Source: Squalus acanthias (lineage: Eukaryota). From it: a DNA stretch of 64,000 nt. Positions 62,596 through 64,000 of this stretch are shown piece by piece; within the stretch, counting starts at the first letter, position 1; each line of letters starts with the position of its first letter. The DNA is taken from positions 94,738,001 to 94,802,000 of the forward strand of contig CM059432.1 in NCBI GenBank assembly GCA_030390025.1, in the 5' to 3' direction. The notes beneath the pieces were generated by a model that made no database searches, was not told the origin of the DNA, and saw only the letters and a program-made list of their open reading frames with translations. Made by a program: the position numbers and the translations under genes.

Positions 62596-64000
62596 GAACA
62601 TAAGAAATAGGAGCAGGACTAGGCCATTTGGCCCTTCTCCGCCATGCAATAAGATCATGGCTAATCTTCTATCTCAACTCTACCTTCCCGCACTATCCCC
62701 ATATCCCTTGATTCCCAGTATCTAAAAATCTATAGATCTCTGTCTTGAATATACCCAATGACTGAGTATCCATGGCCCTCTGGGGTAGAGAATTCCAAAG
62801 ATTCACAACCCTCTGAGTGAAGAAATGACTCCTCATCTCAGTCCTAAATGGCTAACCCCTTATTCTGAGACTGTGACTGTTCTCTCACCATTTAAAAAGT
62901 ATTCTGCTCTTCTATTTTTCCTACCAAAGTGGATAACTTCACATTTCTCCACATTACATTCCATCTTCAACGTTCTTGCCCACCCATTTACCATGTCTAT
63001 ATCCCTTTGCAGCCTCTTTGTGTCCTCCTCACAACTTACTTTCCCACCTAGCTTTGTATCATCAGCAAACTTGGATGCGTTACACTCGATCCCTTTATCT
63101 AAGTCAATGGCCCAGAAATTAAACAGTGAGGGTTCCCGCGGGGGTAAGGAATCCCCGCGATATCGCTCCCCGCGATATCGCACTCCGCGCCTACCTTTTT
63201 GCTCCGGGCCCACACGAACTTTAGTCTGAAAGGCTCTCTCTCTTGGAACCGTGCAGTGCTTGCGTGACCCAGAGACGCAATTAGTTTGTGCGAGCTCTGG
63301 GATCACGTGATTCAGTTAGAGCCAATGGCAGCACACCATCTTTCATTCATAATTTTGACAGGAAGACCTGTCAAAGCTATGAATACTATACCCCCCCCCC
63401 CCAAAGAACAGCTAAATCTCAATTAAATTAAAAAAAAAGCCATCACATTAATAAAATAAGTATAGTTAAATAAATTAACCACTTTAAACAAATAAATTTT
63501 TGAAAAAATTTAAAATCTTTTTAAAGTTATAAAAATAAACTTACCTTTCTTTAAAGTCTCTAAAAAAGATAAACCTGTTGAAAAAAATTTAAAATAACAC
63601 TTAATTAACTACTTACCTTGTAAAAAGGGGGTCCTACGCCTGCTTTCTTTATGTGTAAAATGTAATCCACTTACCTGCGCGTTCAAAGCTGAAAAAATAA
63701 CTAAGTGCACTGCGTGCGCACAGCCTGTAGCGCGCACGCGGTTCACTTAGGAACCGCCCCCTTTTGAATTCACGAAGTGCCGGTTTCCCGTGCATGCAGG
63801 AAACCGGCAATTGGAGACCTAATACGCGAGGGTACACAGTGCGTACTCTCGCGTATTAGGTCTAATTTTCGGGCCATTAATATAGATTGTCAATAGCTGA
63901 CGCCCAAGCACTGATTCTTGTGGTACCCTACTAGTTACAGCCTGCCAACTTGAAAATGACCCATTTATTCCTACTTTCTGTTTGCTGTCAGTTTACTAAT
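62596..64000 (-). mobile_element. CR1 fragment interrupted by a MITE, running off the window
   Basis: CR1 3' UTR and SKFADDTKLGG. The RT resumes at 63876. Confidence 0.9.
63109..63875. mobile_element. Harbinger-like MITE with internal hairpins
   Basis: TIRs ggcccagaaatta / taattttcgggcc and flanks aat/att. The CR1 sequence is continuous across it. Confidence 0.85.

Noticed and set aside
59048..64000. MIB1 exon 2 or intronic miR-1/miR-133 hairpins
   Set aside because: Neither the expected IKHDGTMCD-like peptide nor the mature miRNA sequences were seen. They probably lie beyond the window.

Overview
Eukaryotic, vertebrate genomic DNA, most likely from a cartilaginous fish. That assignment is an inference from HER1-type CR1 LINEs, a Deu-domain tRNA-SINE, Penelope and L2 content. 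The only host gene recognised is exon 1 of MIB1 (Mind bomb 1; 58819-59047, +), with a GC-rich promoter. The ~58 kb upstream and the start of intron 1 are almost entirely nested transposable elements: CR1, L2, a Crack/Daphne-like LINE, Penelope, solo LTRs, DeuSINEs and a Tigger-like MITE. The standout is a PIF/Harbinger cluster. One apparently intact two-gene element (27308-31580) has TIRs, a 3-bp TSD, an uninterrupted 386-aa DDE transposase, and a convergent 3-exon Myb/SANT gene that splices to 458 aa. A decayed sister copy lies inverted ~200 bp away. There are also older copies, Myb-only fragments of a second family, and several MITEs, one sharing an end with the intact element. All calls are from reading the sequence by eye; no database searches were run.
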